A DNA stretch of 64,000 nt, taken from the NCBI GenBank assembly GCA_977018835.1, contig OZ361256.1, positions 7,254,001 to 7,318,000 of the forward strand. The letters run 5' to 3'. This DNA comes from Minutocellus sp. GHC0000111 (lineage: Eukaryota). Below are positions 12,401 through 22,323 of this stretch, in pieces (positions within the stretch are counted from its first letter, which is position 1; each line of letters starts with the position of its first letter). Below the pieces are notes generated by a model. The model ran no database searches, was not told the origin of the DNA, and was given only the letters and a program-made list of their open reading frames with translations. The translations under genes were made by a program, and so were the position numbers.

Positions 12401-12460
12401 ATTGGCTCCGGTCAGTCGCTTCGGCGGCGTGTCTGCCGCCCTCAGCGGATCTAGGGCCAT
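9410..12460 (-). CDS. alr: Alanine racemase (PLP fold III) with very large low-complexity insertions
   Basis: VVKADGYGHG (PLP Lys), FAVATLEEGIALR, VDSGMGRLG, THMADA, DNSAA, VRTGGAIYG, VGYD (catalytic Tyr), IGFADGYPR, GNVCMDM. First ATG at 12460. Confidence 0.9.
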   Translation of the reverse strand: MALDPLRAADTPPKRLTGANAAYLADDQSVSTPPSRSAAAIANDSAQFSSTGALPSSSPSPPPVSVVGTVSTITSSSAMSAAHMFGGGGGVAATCTASTSSLSGTSNAAMIAASAQTPPPVDPELDAQRATHTIRLSALRHNYAIVEDAASRQRCSVIVVVKADGYGHGAVETAVHLADYCGADAFAVATLEEGIALRRALALPAAAGGGGIGPAAAAAPAPVGSHSGGGVEFGMMPASGAAAASAAAAVPVEGSLPPSRRTSELNPLTSAAPGIAGLFRPPSPSIAASSSQSPSRLNPSSSSGGSVSSHTGTQQSMKVVAGAAAGAALPPRNRAPRIRILVLGPPVGYPRSFDLYHHHQIEVMVSGPEVARALMEWVSNVEERKRTEVQRAAAEYMGEALTRHVGMVRVGLKGTGKGAIDDDPTTDEHAEKGDDPDQDDREDEKKDDNAEADSSEAALPKVEKNGRSKPPRPRPGPSAVEGTVIATAENGPAATAPNAKKTPPLRKASQLSQNVGASATLSNVTGDDLAKEVRAILLNQQAVAVHLQKQKEAEPLQKKKSAISREVSSEKLDGEASSVPSTDTNPPANTAGSTPAHATSSGINAQNQYQQANGAPTANAAATGAPTIARPGANIAPFRGIEEAAKISRDRQLAARARREAEEEARAAENSQEDDGGDDVIVQPNAVGVRPGGGAAGPKPAPVLPQGQQPPAQQRKRLRWHALVDSGMGRLGFKPDAPGKGDAIAADTSVIKPRKPRYSETIALIKELHDAEVGDNAPLEFFGMCTHMADATSTSTYTHSQMERFLTLLDNVRAAGISVPTVSTDNSAALLTTTLNHFDPSRILSQPGADTRGFVRTGGAIYGQRPTFPQLRAISTLTASVRHVSVIKAGDSVGYDRAYTAPMDVRIATLTIGFADGYPRELGNGVGRVSIRGSTFPVAGNVCMDMMMVCLGPAGAAGPGALVAVGDVATLWGPEGPDDETDGHVRLQDIAKSLKTTQSALTCGLDKVRVERKYKV

Positions 12461-12970
12461 GGTACCCGCAGGTATGCTTTTTCTGGCTTCCAATGCGGGC
12501 GCTTGTGGCTGAGGAAGCCAATGCAATAAGTCAATGCGGCCATCGAGATTCGCATGTTCATCAGTCCGGCTGAATCTGTGACGGGGCTACATTGCGATCC
12601 CGTATTTGGTCCTCTTTTGATCCCGCGGCTGGCTGGCTGGTGCACGACCCTCCTTGCCAAGCAAATTTGATTCTTGTTTTTATGTATGTCAAAGTGATCC
12701 GTCTAGTAAGGTGGCTTACAGCAAACAACAACGACTTCAGCTTTTCACTGATTACCTACTACTAGAGTTAGTCTCTAGTTGGCACCGATCTTGCCGCCTG
12801 TCCCCAAACTTTTTTGCTTTTTGCTTTTGACTGACTTTGTTGGTATCGGTACCTGTGTAGACATCTCTATATACATACATGTACGTAGCTAGTCTAGCAG
12901 GCTAGATCTAGTTCCAATATGGTATCTCGATTTGCATGTATTTACATTTCCGCTTAAGAACTCCGACACC

Positions 12971-15925
12971 TCAATACTCATCCTTGAAGATGTCGCCATC
13001 AAAATCTTTGCTGGCATTTAAGAAATGCAACGATGCCTGCAGAGTGACGAGCGAGTACCCTTCCTTACCGCGGAGGAGCTGCTCATCTCTTGCAAACTCT
13101 TCCAGGAATGCAAGCTCCGCATTCAACCTTGGCACCTTGGCCACAATAATATGCTCGCATACCATCTTCAGCAGATAATCGGCGCTCACTGCCTTTCCGC
13201 CCCCGGCGGCCTGGTCAAAGTGAACTGAAATGGCTTCCAGGAACTTGACACAGAATTCCAATTTGTCCACAGACGATTTAGCATCGGACATGGAAAGCAA
13301 TGCCTCGAGCGCATCGACGGATATATTCTCATCGGCTATTGGAAATTCCACACAGTCAACGAACTCATCTTCGTCATCGGTGGCCCCACCCCGGGAATCA
13401 GATAGTTCTTCCATACGGGCCTTCCTCCGTGCTTGATGTTCCGACTCAAATTCATACATTTTTGTCATGAGTGCATCGTCTTTTTGAGCTGTTTCTTCGC
13501 AGATCTCCTCAAAGACCGAATCATATAACTCTCCAAAAACCAGGCTTTCGACGGATGATGCCGTCAGCTCCGTGAGGCTTGATGTCGCACCAAGACCTGG
13601 CCGAACCTCGAGAAGAGTGGCAGTCACATGTTTGATTACGCCATGAGCATCTTGGCGCCGTGCCCGACAAAATTTAGACTCTTCTTCGTTTTCTCCATCG
13701 CAAGATCGATCGTCATCATCATTATCGCCAGCAGTACCATTGTCATCGATTGACTTCGTCTCCGTGATCTTTTCATCAGAAGAGAGCTTAGCTTTCTCGA
13801 CTTTTCGTTCCTCTGCTCGTCTCCTGTATTCATGAATCAGTTTGTTGTACACATGGCCTGGTAAACTGAGTCGATCGTTGAGACTCCTCGAAACAATCAG
13901 TACAACCTTATCTGGAGTCGCGATCTCATACTCATCTGAATTCACAATGTCGGCATCGACCTCGTTTCGGCGAATTTTGGCCTGATCTGCCACCTTCGCT
14001 TGATGGTTTGCAAGAAAGCCTGCTCCTGACAGGGTCCGTTTTGTCGTTGCAAGCACCTTCGGATGTGATCGTTTCGCAGCATCTGTCAGTTCGCCCCATA
14101 CCGGATCTACAATGACATTGGGGCGAACAAGCATCACGGCTCGGCTGCCCTCTTTTCCACCTCCAAGTGCGAGCATACGACTTCCACCCTGCGCAACTTG
14201 TTCGGCGGCAAATTTTGCAGCCGCTGCGCCAGCCACAAGAACTCCAATTGACATTGTTCCATCGAGCAAAATAGACAACACACCCGCAGTTTGGCACACT
14301 TTGCTAAGCATAATAGCACCAGCTGGACCCGCTAATGCAAGACCTGCCACTCCACCGACGATACTTCCGGCGACTGATGCTACTCCCATATTGGAACGAG
14401 TCCGTCTTGTTGTACGGACGACCTCAACCGCCGTGGCGAACGTTGATGGTGGTGGCGGCGGTGGCGGTGGAGGGGCCTTAGGATCAAGCTCTGGGAGAAT
14501 ATTTGCAACTTCTTCCGGCGATGCAACCGGTAGCTCATTGTCCGGTATAGTATTTAAGTCACATTGAGGCTCCGAGACAGCCACATCAGCTTCATTCTTA
14601 TTTGCACTGGATTCCTCGACCTTTGGTTGCTCCTCGCTTGAAATTTCGCGATCATGATCACTGCCTTCCTCGTCAGAAGCTTCCTGTTTGCCAAGAAACA
14701 AGGGCAAAACACTCTCATGCAACGCTCTAGCGACAGAGCTAAATGGTTGTGCTGAAGGAACAATGGGAGCATCGGCGTCGTCTGTATCGTCTCGGTCATC
14801 ATTGATATCTGAATCTTTCTTTTCCTTCGATTGAGTGCTGCTGGGCAAACCACAGAGCTTATTCTCGGCCTGTTTATCAGCAGCCCAGTGGCTCGGTGGC
14901 CCATCTTCCGTCCATATCGCATCATCATCATAATCACTTTCACTGTCATCATCTGAGTTCGCGGATTTATCATCGATACTTGTATTTGTAGCTTCTCCAA
15001 TCGACTCTAGTTTCCCCTCAACTATTATTGCTTCTTCCAATGCTTCAGCATCGGGTTTGCCATCAAATGCTGATAAATTTACTTGCCGAGATCCCCAACC
15101 AATACGGCTCAAGAATGATGGTGCAGCAGCCGAAGCATTATTAGTAGGAGCATCTTCACTTGTAGGTATCGACGGCATTTCACCAACCTCAATGACGGAC
15201 TTGGAATCATCAGCATCATTGCAACATGTGTCTTCTTCGTCGCCTGCTTTGCCATGTACAGCATCCATCTCAATCAAATCCTCCTCATCGTCCTCCTCCA
15301 ACCGATTGCTATCCGACGTGCAAGATGAGACCAAGACCACCACCGCCTCCTCCTCATCGTCGCCTTCCTCATCAGCTATGCCCAATTGCACGTTCAATTT
15401 CTTAATCAATGGGCCATTGACCGAACAACAAACATCACCGCCGACAATGCGCTTCGATCGAGCCATCAGTGCACAATGCACGGCATAGTTACGAAATGCA
15501 CACCGACGATGTGCATAGATACCACACGCCAGACATTTGACCACCTTGCCCCCAGCACCAACGGCCTCAGCCGAGCTGGACGCACCACCACCGCCACCAC
15601 CTGCATCACCACCGCGGAACAAACTGCTCAGCCTACCGCCGCACATGCCGCAGGATCTGACGGCAGCGAAAGAAAAGAGAGCCGAGGCAGCCGCAAATGA
15701 GTGATGATGGATGGGATCGGCACATATAGCCTCAGCGTCTTCGGATGTTTCCATCATCCGGCATATGGTGAGTCGGGTGAGGGAGAGAGGGGATGGGATT
15801 GCTGGTGCTGGTGCTGGTGCTGGTGCGCAGTTGTTCTCGTTTTCGTTGCAATCGGAACTATTATGGGCACAAGAAATACCGTCCGAGTTGGACGCCGACC
15901 GGAATCTCTTTCGAGTTGAGCTCAT
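12971..15925 (-). CDS. VPS9-domain Rab5-family GEF with N-terminal C1-like zinc finger and central Gly/Ala-rich hydrophobic segment
   Basis: HxF...CxxC...CxxC...HxxC near the N-terminus. C-terminal VPS9 motifs KL...SADYLL...LNAELAFLEEF...GKEGYSLVTLQASL. Confidence 0.8.
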   Translation of the reverse strand: MSSTRKRFRSASNSDGISCAHNSSDCNENENNCAPAPAPAPAIPSPLSLTRLTICRMMETSEDAEAICADPIHHHSFAAASALFSFAAVRSCGMCGGRLSSLFRGGDAGGGGGGASSSAEAVGAGGKVVKCLACGIYAHRRCAFRNYAVHCALMARSKRIVGGDVCCSVNGPLIKKLNVQLGIADEEGDDEEEAVVVLVSSCTSDSNRLEEDDEEDLIEMDAVHGKAGDEEDTCCNDADDSKSVIEVGEMPSIPTSEDAPTNNASAAAPSFLSRIGWGSRQVNLSAFDGKPDAEALEEAIIVEGKLESIGEATNTSIDDKSANSDDDSESDYDDDAIWTEDGPPSHWAADKQAENKLCGLPSSTQSKEKKDSDINDDRDDTDDADAPIVPSAQPFSSVARALHESVLPLFLGKQEASDEEGSDHDREISSEEQPKVEESSANKNEADVAVSEPQCDLNTIPDNELPVASPEEVANILPELDPKAPPPPPPPPPSTFATAVEVVRTTRRTRSNMGVASVAGSIVGGVAGLALAGPAGAIMLSKVCQTAGVLSILLDGTMSIGVLVAGAAAAKFAAEQVAQGGSRMLALGGGKEGSRAVMLVRPNVIVDPVWGELTDAAKRSHPKVLATTKRTLSGAGFLANHQAKVADQAKIRRNEVDADIVNSDEYEIATPDKVVLIVSRSLNDRLSLPGHVYNKLIHEYRRRAEERKVEKAKLSSDEKITETKSIDDNGTAGDNDDDDRSCDGENEEESKFCRARRQDAHGVIKHVTATLLEVRPGLGATSSLTELTASSVESLVFGELYDSVFEEICEETAQKDDALMTKMYEFESEHQARRKARMEELSDSRGGATDDEDEFVDCVEFPIADENISVDALEALLSMSDAKSSVDKLEFCVKFLEAISVHFDQAAGGGKAVSADYLLKMVCEHIIVAKVPRLNAELAFLEEFARDEQLLRGKEGYSLVTLQASLHFLNASKDFDGDIFKDEY

Positions 15926-16251
15926 CTTGCTCAACAAGCAACAAAAAGATCAAGGCGCAACAGATATATGCTTCCTCTACAAGCCAGGAACCGATCGTTA
16001 CACCGTTTCCACGGGTCTTGCTCTTCTTGAGTAGTCTCTCGGCTGAAGTTCTGAAGCTAAGTGCTGGCCGGCCGGCCGCGCAAGCGAAGCTAAGCAACAG
16101 TGGCGCACTTCGTCAGATTGACGTATTGGCGCCACTGTGCTCGCTCTCGCGTGCATCGCCGGTGGGCACCGCATCGGAACGGACCATCGATGATGAGGCG
16201 CCCACAGGCAACCACATCATCGCTCACTGAGATAAGTTACCACAGACAAAT

Positions 16252-17703
16252 ATGTCTTCTAACTCCGTCGATGAGCAGGTGGCCAAGGCCGTGGCACAAG
16301 AGAGGGAGAGGTGGTCAGCTCGTGTCGTCGAGCTCGAGGCAGAAGTTGCCAGGCTACAAGCATGCGACACGCCAGTGCAAACTTCCGCACCTTTGACACA
16401 ACCGCCAGCGACAGCTATCTTTCCTTCCAATCCATGCCCGGATGGCACATGCCCGGCGGCGAGATCGAACCTCCTTCAAAGCGATCTCGTATCGGAGTTG
16501 TCACCGGACGAAATCACACGATATTCCCGACAGCTGCTTCTTGCAGATGGGTTTGGCGTTGCCGGTCAGCGCAAGCTTCTGTCGTCGTCAGTCCTGGTCA
16601 TTGGTGCCGGTGGCATCGGCTCGACTGTGCTGCCTTATCTGGCAGCATCGGGCGTTGGATCCATCACAATTGTTGACTTTGACAAGGTTGATCGGTCCAA
16701 TCTGCATCGACAGGTCATCCACACCGACGCATCCGTTGGATTGAACAAGGCCGAATCGGCCTGTCGAGCATTGAAGGCACTCAATCCCACGGTCCAGATC
16801 CAAACCATTATGGAACCGCTTACATCGGACAATGCCTTGGATTTAGTGTCGGCTCATGATCTCGTGGTGGACGCTTGCGATAACCCAAGGACGAGATATC
16901 TCGTCAACGATGCATGTGTCCTCGCGGGCCGTGTATTGGTCTCTGGCAGTGCAATGGGTACCGAGGGTCAGTTGACGGTGTATGGCTGCGGCGTGGATGG
17001 TCGGCCGTGCTATCGATGCCTGTATCCTCGTGTCAATCCTACCGATGGCTGTAAGAGTTGCAGTGACAATTGTGTTTTGGGCACCGTTCCAGGTTTGATT
17101 GGCATTATGCAAGCAACGGAAGCGTTGAAGGTTCTGACTGGAATAGGGACGCCCATGTACGATCGATTGCTTATGTACGATGCGTTGCAATGTTCCTTTT
17201 ATACCATCAAGAAGCCACCGGCAAATAAGGCATGCCCTATGTGTGGTCCAGAGGCCATCATCAAGTCTATGACAGATAGTGCGCAACAATCACTGGCAGC
17301 TCGAGGTCCATCAATAGCTACAAGCGCTGGGATTGTTATCAGCTTGCCCGACAAGCTTCACATTTCTTGTAAAGATTATGCAGAGATTCGCAAAAATGGA
17401 ACGTCACACGTGCTCTTGGATGTTCGTGTACCGAGGCAATATGAAATGTGCTCTTTGGACGGTGCAGTAAATATTCCACTGGTTGAGTTGGAAGCCAGTT
17501 TGGCGAGGATTGAGGAATTATCGGATGGTACCCAGCCTGTCTACTGCGTCTGTCGCCGTGGTGTTGCTTCAGCTGAAGCAACGAGGATACTATCCGAAGT
17601 CATCACCATTGGCAAGCACCCACGAATTCACTCCGTACGTAACATTACAGGCGGCCTCAATGTTTGGTCGGAAGATGTGGACCCCAAGTTTCCCATGTAC
17701 TAA
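16252..17703 (+). CDS. MOCS3: Adenylyltransferase and sulfurtransferase MOCS3/UBA4
   Basis: RYSRQLL, GAGGIG, SNLHRQ, CYRC and CPMC zinc sites; C-terminal rhodanese CRRGVAS and VDPKFPMY. Confidence 0.95.
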   Translation: MSSNSVDEQVAKAVAQERERWSARVVELEAEVARLQACDTPVQTSAPLTQPPATAIFPSNPCPDGTCPAARSNLLQSDLVSELSPDEITRYSRQLLLADGFGVAGQRKLLSSSVLVIGAGGIGSTVLPYLAASGVGSITIVDFDKVDRSNLHRQVIHTDASVGLNKAESACRALKALNPTVQIQTIMEPLTSDNALDLVSAHDLVVDACDNPRTRYLVNDACVLAGRVLVSGSAMGTEGQLTVYGCGVDGRPCYRCLYPRVNPTDGCKSCSDNCVLGTVPGLIGIMQATEALKVLTGIGTPMYDRLLMYDALQCSFYTIKKPPANKACPMCGPEAIIKSMTDSAQQSLAARGPSIATSAGIVISLPDKLHISCKDYAEIRKNGTSHVLLDVRVPRQYEMCSLDGAVNIPLVELEASLARIEELSDGTQPVYCVCRRGVASAEATRILSEVITIGKHPRIHSVRNITGGLNVWSEDVDPKFPMY

Positions 17704-17820
17704 ACAAAAGATATTAGACCCTTAATCTACATATATGCGTTCTATTTGTTAGCTTCTAGCATCCAGCCACATTAGTAAAGGAAAATTGATTGAAGACAGT
17801 TTGTATTTCTCACCCCATTT

Positions 17821-19614
17821 TCAGAGAAGGCTATCGAGCTCATCATCATGCAGTACATCGCCATTGGTATCATCCGATTTCTCTTCTTTTCGACGACCCT
17901 TGGGTGGGCTGACGCATTTCGAGACGATATCAAAAAGCTCTGCTGTATCGGTCCGCCTTCTCATTGCAGCTGGGCGATCGCTTTTCAATGAAGGATTTGG
18001 ATCGCTTCCGGCACGCAAGTGCTGTGTTTTGATCGCTGCCTCGTTGCTATATTGTGGCGAAGGCAGGGAAGAATATCGCGGTGATGGCCTTGATTTGGCA
18101 CCACTTGCATAAGTCGGAGGGCGCAGACTCGGCTTTGGTAACAGATGTTGCTTTTCTGTTCCGTTGTGTGTGCTGTCAACAGATCTATCGACGCTCGGTG
18201 GAGATTTGACTCTGCTTTGACTCGCATACGTAGGCGAGATCGTCGAGCTGCGGTCTGCGTGAGAATTATCGTCTTCAGAATCAACCTCAACAGCCATCCT
18301 CCTGATACTTTTCAGAGTATGTGCGCCAGCATTCAAAAGACCGGGGCGCATTTTCGATAAACTGGACCGTGACGAATCTTGTGCAATATCACCATTCTGT
18401 GGTGTCGTGCTACTGCTACTAGTGATGCTAGAGTTCCGACCCTGTCCCCTACTGGTAGGCATGGGAGGTAGCTGGTTGCTGGATTCAAATTTGGGCGTTG
18501 ACCGCCCCTCTTCGGCAGAGTCCAAAGAGCCAGATCTCGAAATCCATTGCTCCGCTAAGCCAGGAGGTATGGAATCAACAAGAGAAGGATTACTCCCGAT
18601 CCGCTGGTGCTCCCCAAGTCCTCTGTGAATGTCACTGTTGCTATTGTAGCTTCTGCCCGAAGTGGACCTAATGCTACTGGATAACGTGTCAGCAAAATGG
18701 ACGGCAGCACTTGAATGTGCATCGGTAGCAACAGGCGTGTTATCTCGAGAGCTATCACAGTCGACAGTCAAGGCATCCATCGAATCAACGCGGCCAATCG
18801 GCCGGCTAGGATACTTGTATTGGCGAGTGACACTTGTTCCCTTTCGTAGCTCGTCGAGAGCCTTGAAGAGCAATGAAGTGTGAAGCCCTCGGGGCAAAAG
18901 CTCAGCCTCAAAGCTCGGATCAAAGATGGGGGAATCGCCCATGGCCCCGCTATGAATGATCAGCCTTCCAAACGCAGAATATACCGTCATCACATGAAAG
19001 AACAGTAGCAGGATAGCCGCAATGACAATTATTGACCAGAAGTGTGGCATCAGAATGTAGATAAAGAGACTGATCCACACAATAAAGCTGTAGATTGCAG
19101 TGACGATCAACTTGCTCGGTAGAAAACAAGCGTATTGACCAATCGAAGAGCGCAAAAGGGCATGAGAATTGGCATCGGAAATCACCGAAACGATTGACCA
19201 CGAGGTGAATGTGGTCAGGATTGTAAATAGGGTGCAAATTACAGAGACGATGATCGTGATTCCACACCAAAAGTGAGGAGTGAGGTTCATTTCCTGCATG
19301 TCCTGTCTCATTTCTGTGCACAGTCGGTTGCTATTGAACAGAACATTCATCTCGGCACCCAACAACAACGACATGAAGACCATGTTGGTGCCAAATTTGC
19401 TGACGAGGAGCTGGCGTAATTCCTTCCCATCGGTTTTTGCCCAGCTCAAATGCTTCCTCCATATCGGTGTGTTGTCCACGGTAAGGAAGTATTCTCGCGG
19501 TTTGAGCAGCGTCAGCAGACTGATCCAAGTTTGGGCGGAGATTTCCTTCCGTGTATCGACGGAGGATGTCCTCTGTATGCGCGAGGGACGCGACCCATAT
19601 GTCGGGTCGAGCAT
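17821..19614 (-). CDS. Hypothetical multi-pass membrane protein with a long Ser-rich disordered C-terminus
   Basis: 597-aa ORF with about 4 hydrophobic helices in the first 230 aa. Confidence 0.7.
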   Translation of the reverse strand: MLDPTYGSRPSRIQRTSSVDTRKEISAQTWISLLTLLKPREYFLTVDNTPIWRKHLSWAKTDGKELRQLLVSKFGTNMVFMSLLLGAEMNVLFNSNRLCTEMRQDMQEMNLTPHFWCGITIIVSVICTLFTILTTFTSWSIVSVISDANSHALLRSSIGQYACFLPSKLIVTAIYSFIVWISLFIYILMPHFWSIIVIAAILLLFFHVMTVYSAFGRLIIHSGAMGDSPIFDPSFEAELLPRGLHTSLLFKALDELRKGTSVTRQYKYPSRPIGRVDSMDALTVDCDSSRDNTPVATDAHSSAAVHFADTLSSSIRSTSGRSYNSNSDIHRGLGEHQRIGSNPSLVDSIPPGLAEQWISRSGSLDSAEEGRSTPKFESSNQLPPMPTSRGQGRNSSITSSSSTTPQNGDIAQDSSRSSLSKMRPGLLNAGAHTLKSIRRMAVEVDSEDDNSHADRSSTISPTYASQSRVKSPPSVDRSVDSTHNGTEKQHLLPKPSLRPPTYASGAKSRPSPRYSSLPSPQYSNEAAIKTQHLRAGSDPNPSLKSDRPAAMRRRTDTAELFDIVSKCVSPPKGRRKEEKSDDTNGDVLHDDELDSLL

Positions 19615-19824
19615 GACGTTGGTGCGTCTGTCCGATGGAATTTCTGTTTTCAGTTCCTATGTATCTCTACGTAGCTCGCTAGCGCTGACTCACAGGGTGT
19701 GTAGTATTGGCTAATAGTCGGTCGGAACCGAGACTCATCGATGCCGGCATCGGCTCTCGGCTCTCGGCATGCTCGAATGCCGACGACCGACGACGGTTTT
19801 TTACTCGTGGCTACGTACCTAGGT

Positions 19825-19941
19825 AATTGAATTATGCCAGAATAGCCGTCTGTACGTCGCCTTAGAGAGCGACAGGATCCATGAAAGATCCGACGAGCCA
19901 TGAGTGTTGATTAGTTGTCGAATTAGAGAGAGTAGCACGAT
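19825..19941 (+). repeat. Direct repeat copy 1 (putative 5' LTR)
   Basis: Matches 20882-20998 with 6 mismatches in 117 bp, all transitions. Confidence 0.9.
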
Positions 19942-20881
19942 GTCTTTGCTTTGTGCCGGTGATTGGATATATTGGAACGGATTATATCTTGCTTTGGCTG
20001 GTACATATCGACTGGTACGTCACTGGTTGGTCCCGGCTGATTTGAATTAGTTCATCCGACCCATCGAATCTTGTGTGTGTGAGCACATCTTTTGCGCATC
20101 TTTTGTGTTCGTTCCGATGTCTTTTATTGGCACTTTGATGCACCGCATTACCGTGTCGTTGAGATGCCGCAATGGAACTCCGACCGACCGCTACAGGGCG
20201 GGAGATAGGCCATGTCGATCACCGTGCTGGGGAGCACGTAAATCTACTCCTCGCGAGTTTGTGATGCGCTTTGGTGGCGCAACTCTGCGAGCAACAAATG
20301 CCAAGTTTGACTGCTGGCCAGAATCGAAGAAGGTGATGATTCTCCTCGCTGCCATCAGGACGAAGACCGAGGATCTCCGCATGGCAACCCACAGCATCAA
20401 TGACGATTCTGGACCTAACGGCAAGGCTAACAACTTCGAGGAGGCTGCCAAGTATGTTGCCAAGCACATCCCCGATGCCAAGGAGAGACCAAGCTCTCTG
20501 CTCTTGCTTGATCAAGGCTCTCGACACCAAGGTCGGAGTGGATGTACAGGAAGCAGTGGATGACGGGATGTATAATGGATGTGCGGGAGGTAATGGAGGT
20601 GCCGATGTGGAGGTGCCGTTGTGGATTAAGCCGTCGCTATGCTGGACGAGGTCCAGGGTCGTTGTGATCGAATCTGAAGGGACTCGAGACGATCGCGACA
20701 TGGGTGCATAGACCACACGGCAGACCATGAAGTCGCGGACCATGAAGCTGGTACCACGTACGTGAGCTGTGACCATTGGTGAATGTTTGTGTTTATCAGT
20801 CCGTTTATGTGTTATTTGTTTAGAGTTAATGGCAAATTCCCAGGCTGTGTCGATGATTGGAGATCTCGATTCAGGGGGAGC

Positions 20882-20998
20882 AATTGAATTGTGCCAGAAC
20901 AGCCGTCTGTACGTCGCCTTAGAGAGCGACAGGATCCATGAAAGATCCGACGAGCCATAAGTATTGATTAGTTATCGAATTAGAGAGAGTAGTACGAT
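20882..20998 (+). repeat. Direct repeat copy 2 (putative 3' LTR)
   Basis: Matches 19825-19941; preceded by the purine tract AGGGGGAG. Confidence 0.9.
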
Positions 20999-21125
20999 AC
21001 TTGTTGCTTCCACTTTTCAATTTGTTTTGGGGTCATTGTCATTTCTCAATACTGGTAAATTTGTGGTTTTTGCATGTCTTCGTCTCAAGGATCTCCACTC
21101 GGTCGAAGTAGATCAAAGACATTTT

Positions 21126-22323
21126 TTAGCAAAGCAAGACAAAGATTGTGCTGCTGACGAGCATGGCCAAGATCCCACCACCATACACACTGGCGACGAC
21201 TGACGAAGAAGGATCACTTCCCATTTCATCGCCCACTTCTCCAAACTTGTACACTGTTTCTGCCGTCTTGGAAAAGATCCACTCACGATCTTCGTCGGAA
21301 TAATTGGCCAGCCAGTTTGACATGTAGTCAGTGAGCTCTACGGGATTGGGACCGATACTTCCAAGGCCATCGTTATCACTTATAGAAGCTCCTAAATACC
21401 AGTTCAATGCAAACATGCATCGCTTCGGCCGAAACATCTCGACAGTTTCGAGGACTAGATCTCGAATGACCTGTTCCCGGCGTTCCTCTGTTATCCAGTC
21501 AGGAACAATATATCCGAGCATGCTTAACTTGACATACGTGTTAGGCAAGGCCGCCAGAAGGGCCATTCCCTCCCTCCACTCAGCTAAAATATCCTGATCA
21601 GCGGCGTTCGAATCTGGACCAAGGACGAGCCGTGGCTTGCCCAGATGGTTGATAATTACGGGAATATTTGGATACCGAGATGCCAAAGTTGCCATTGCAG
21701 GAGCCTGCTCAGGTGCAAATTGCCCATCAAACGAGAGGCCATACTCTGCCAGGAGAGCATATCCCTCCTCAAATTCAGGGACGACGCCGCCATCGGCTCC
21801 ACCTCGAAGGTAGTCAATATCCTTGCGAGCTGCATTGACATGTGTCGCGCTACTTCCATCGAAGGGACCAACATAATCAAGGATCCAGCGTATGCCACGA
21901 ACCAGTGGAGATGCGTCGACCATCTCCGAGAGACATTCCTCTACGCTGTTGGCATCGCCAAGATCACAAGATCCGACGATAGCCCTTAGCTCAGGAGCGT
22001 TTCCCTGATCGACGAGAGACTGCACCCAGGCTGCCTCTTCGACGCCACCAAATGGAGTGTCTGTCAGCACCTCGATATGGACCGAGCCTGTTAGCGTGAT
22101 ATTGGACTCGGCAAGTGGCTCAACGACGTCGGCTGTGTAGTGTCCCGGGAGATAAGCAAAGTTTCCTAACAATCCACCCAGCCAAGACGAGAAGCTATTC
22201 CCTCCAAGATCGAGATAGTGGTGATGTGCGTCGACGATGCGAGCCGGTGGCTGCACTGCAGCAGCCAAGGGGGGGAGGGAGAGGACGAAAAAAAAACGCG
22301 GGTGCGTTGGAATGAAACTTCAT
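21126..22323 (-). pseudogene. Amidohydrolase_2 family (L-fuconolactonase-like) protein, probably secreted/GPI-anchored; +1 frameshift in a T9 run within the signal peptide
   Basis: DAHHH, VRGIRWIL, INHLGKP, YVKLSMLG; hydrophobic C-terminus after a Ser-rich spacer. The ATG at 22323 gives MKFHSNAPAFFFVLSLPPLAAA only if the T9 at 22288-22296 is read as T8. Confidence 0.7.

Larger units (their letters stand above)
19825..20998 (+). mobile_element. Internally deleted Ty1/copia (CoDi-like) LTR retroelement remnant
   Basis: 117-bp direct repeats at both ends, polypurine tract AGGGGGAG just before the right repeat, and an internal gag-like peptide (KKVMILLAAI...SINDDSGPNGKANNFEEAAKY). No PBS, TSD or pol recognised. 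Confidence 0.65.

Noticed and set aside
4763..12460. Biosynthetic cluster of AA5 oxidase, 2OG oxygenase, membrane protein and alanine racemase
   Set aside because: No scaffold enzyme (NRPS or ligase), and predicted localisations differ (secreted, plastid, cytosol). Adjacency alone is insufficient without co-expression data.
15797..15826. Short coding microsatellites (GCTGGT)n; also (GGCTGA)n at ~58395 and (TCCGCA)n at ~2186
   Set aside because: Ordinary low-complexity amino-acid repeats (APAPAP, QPQPQP, SASAS).
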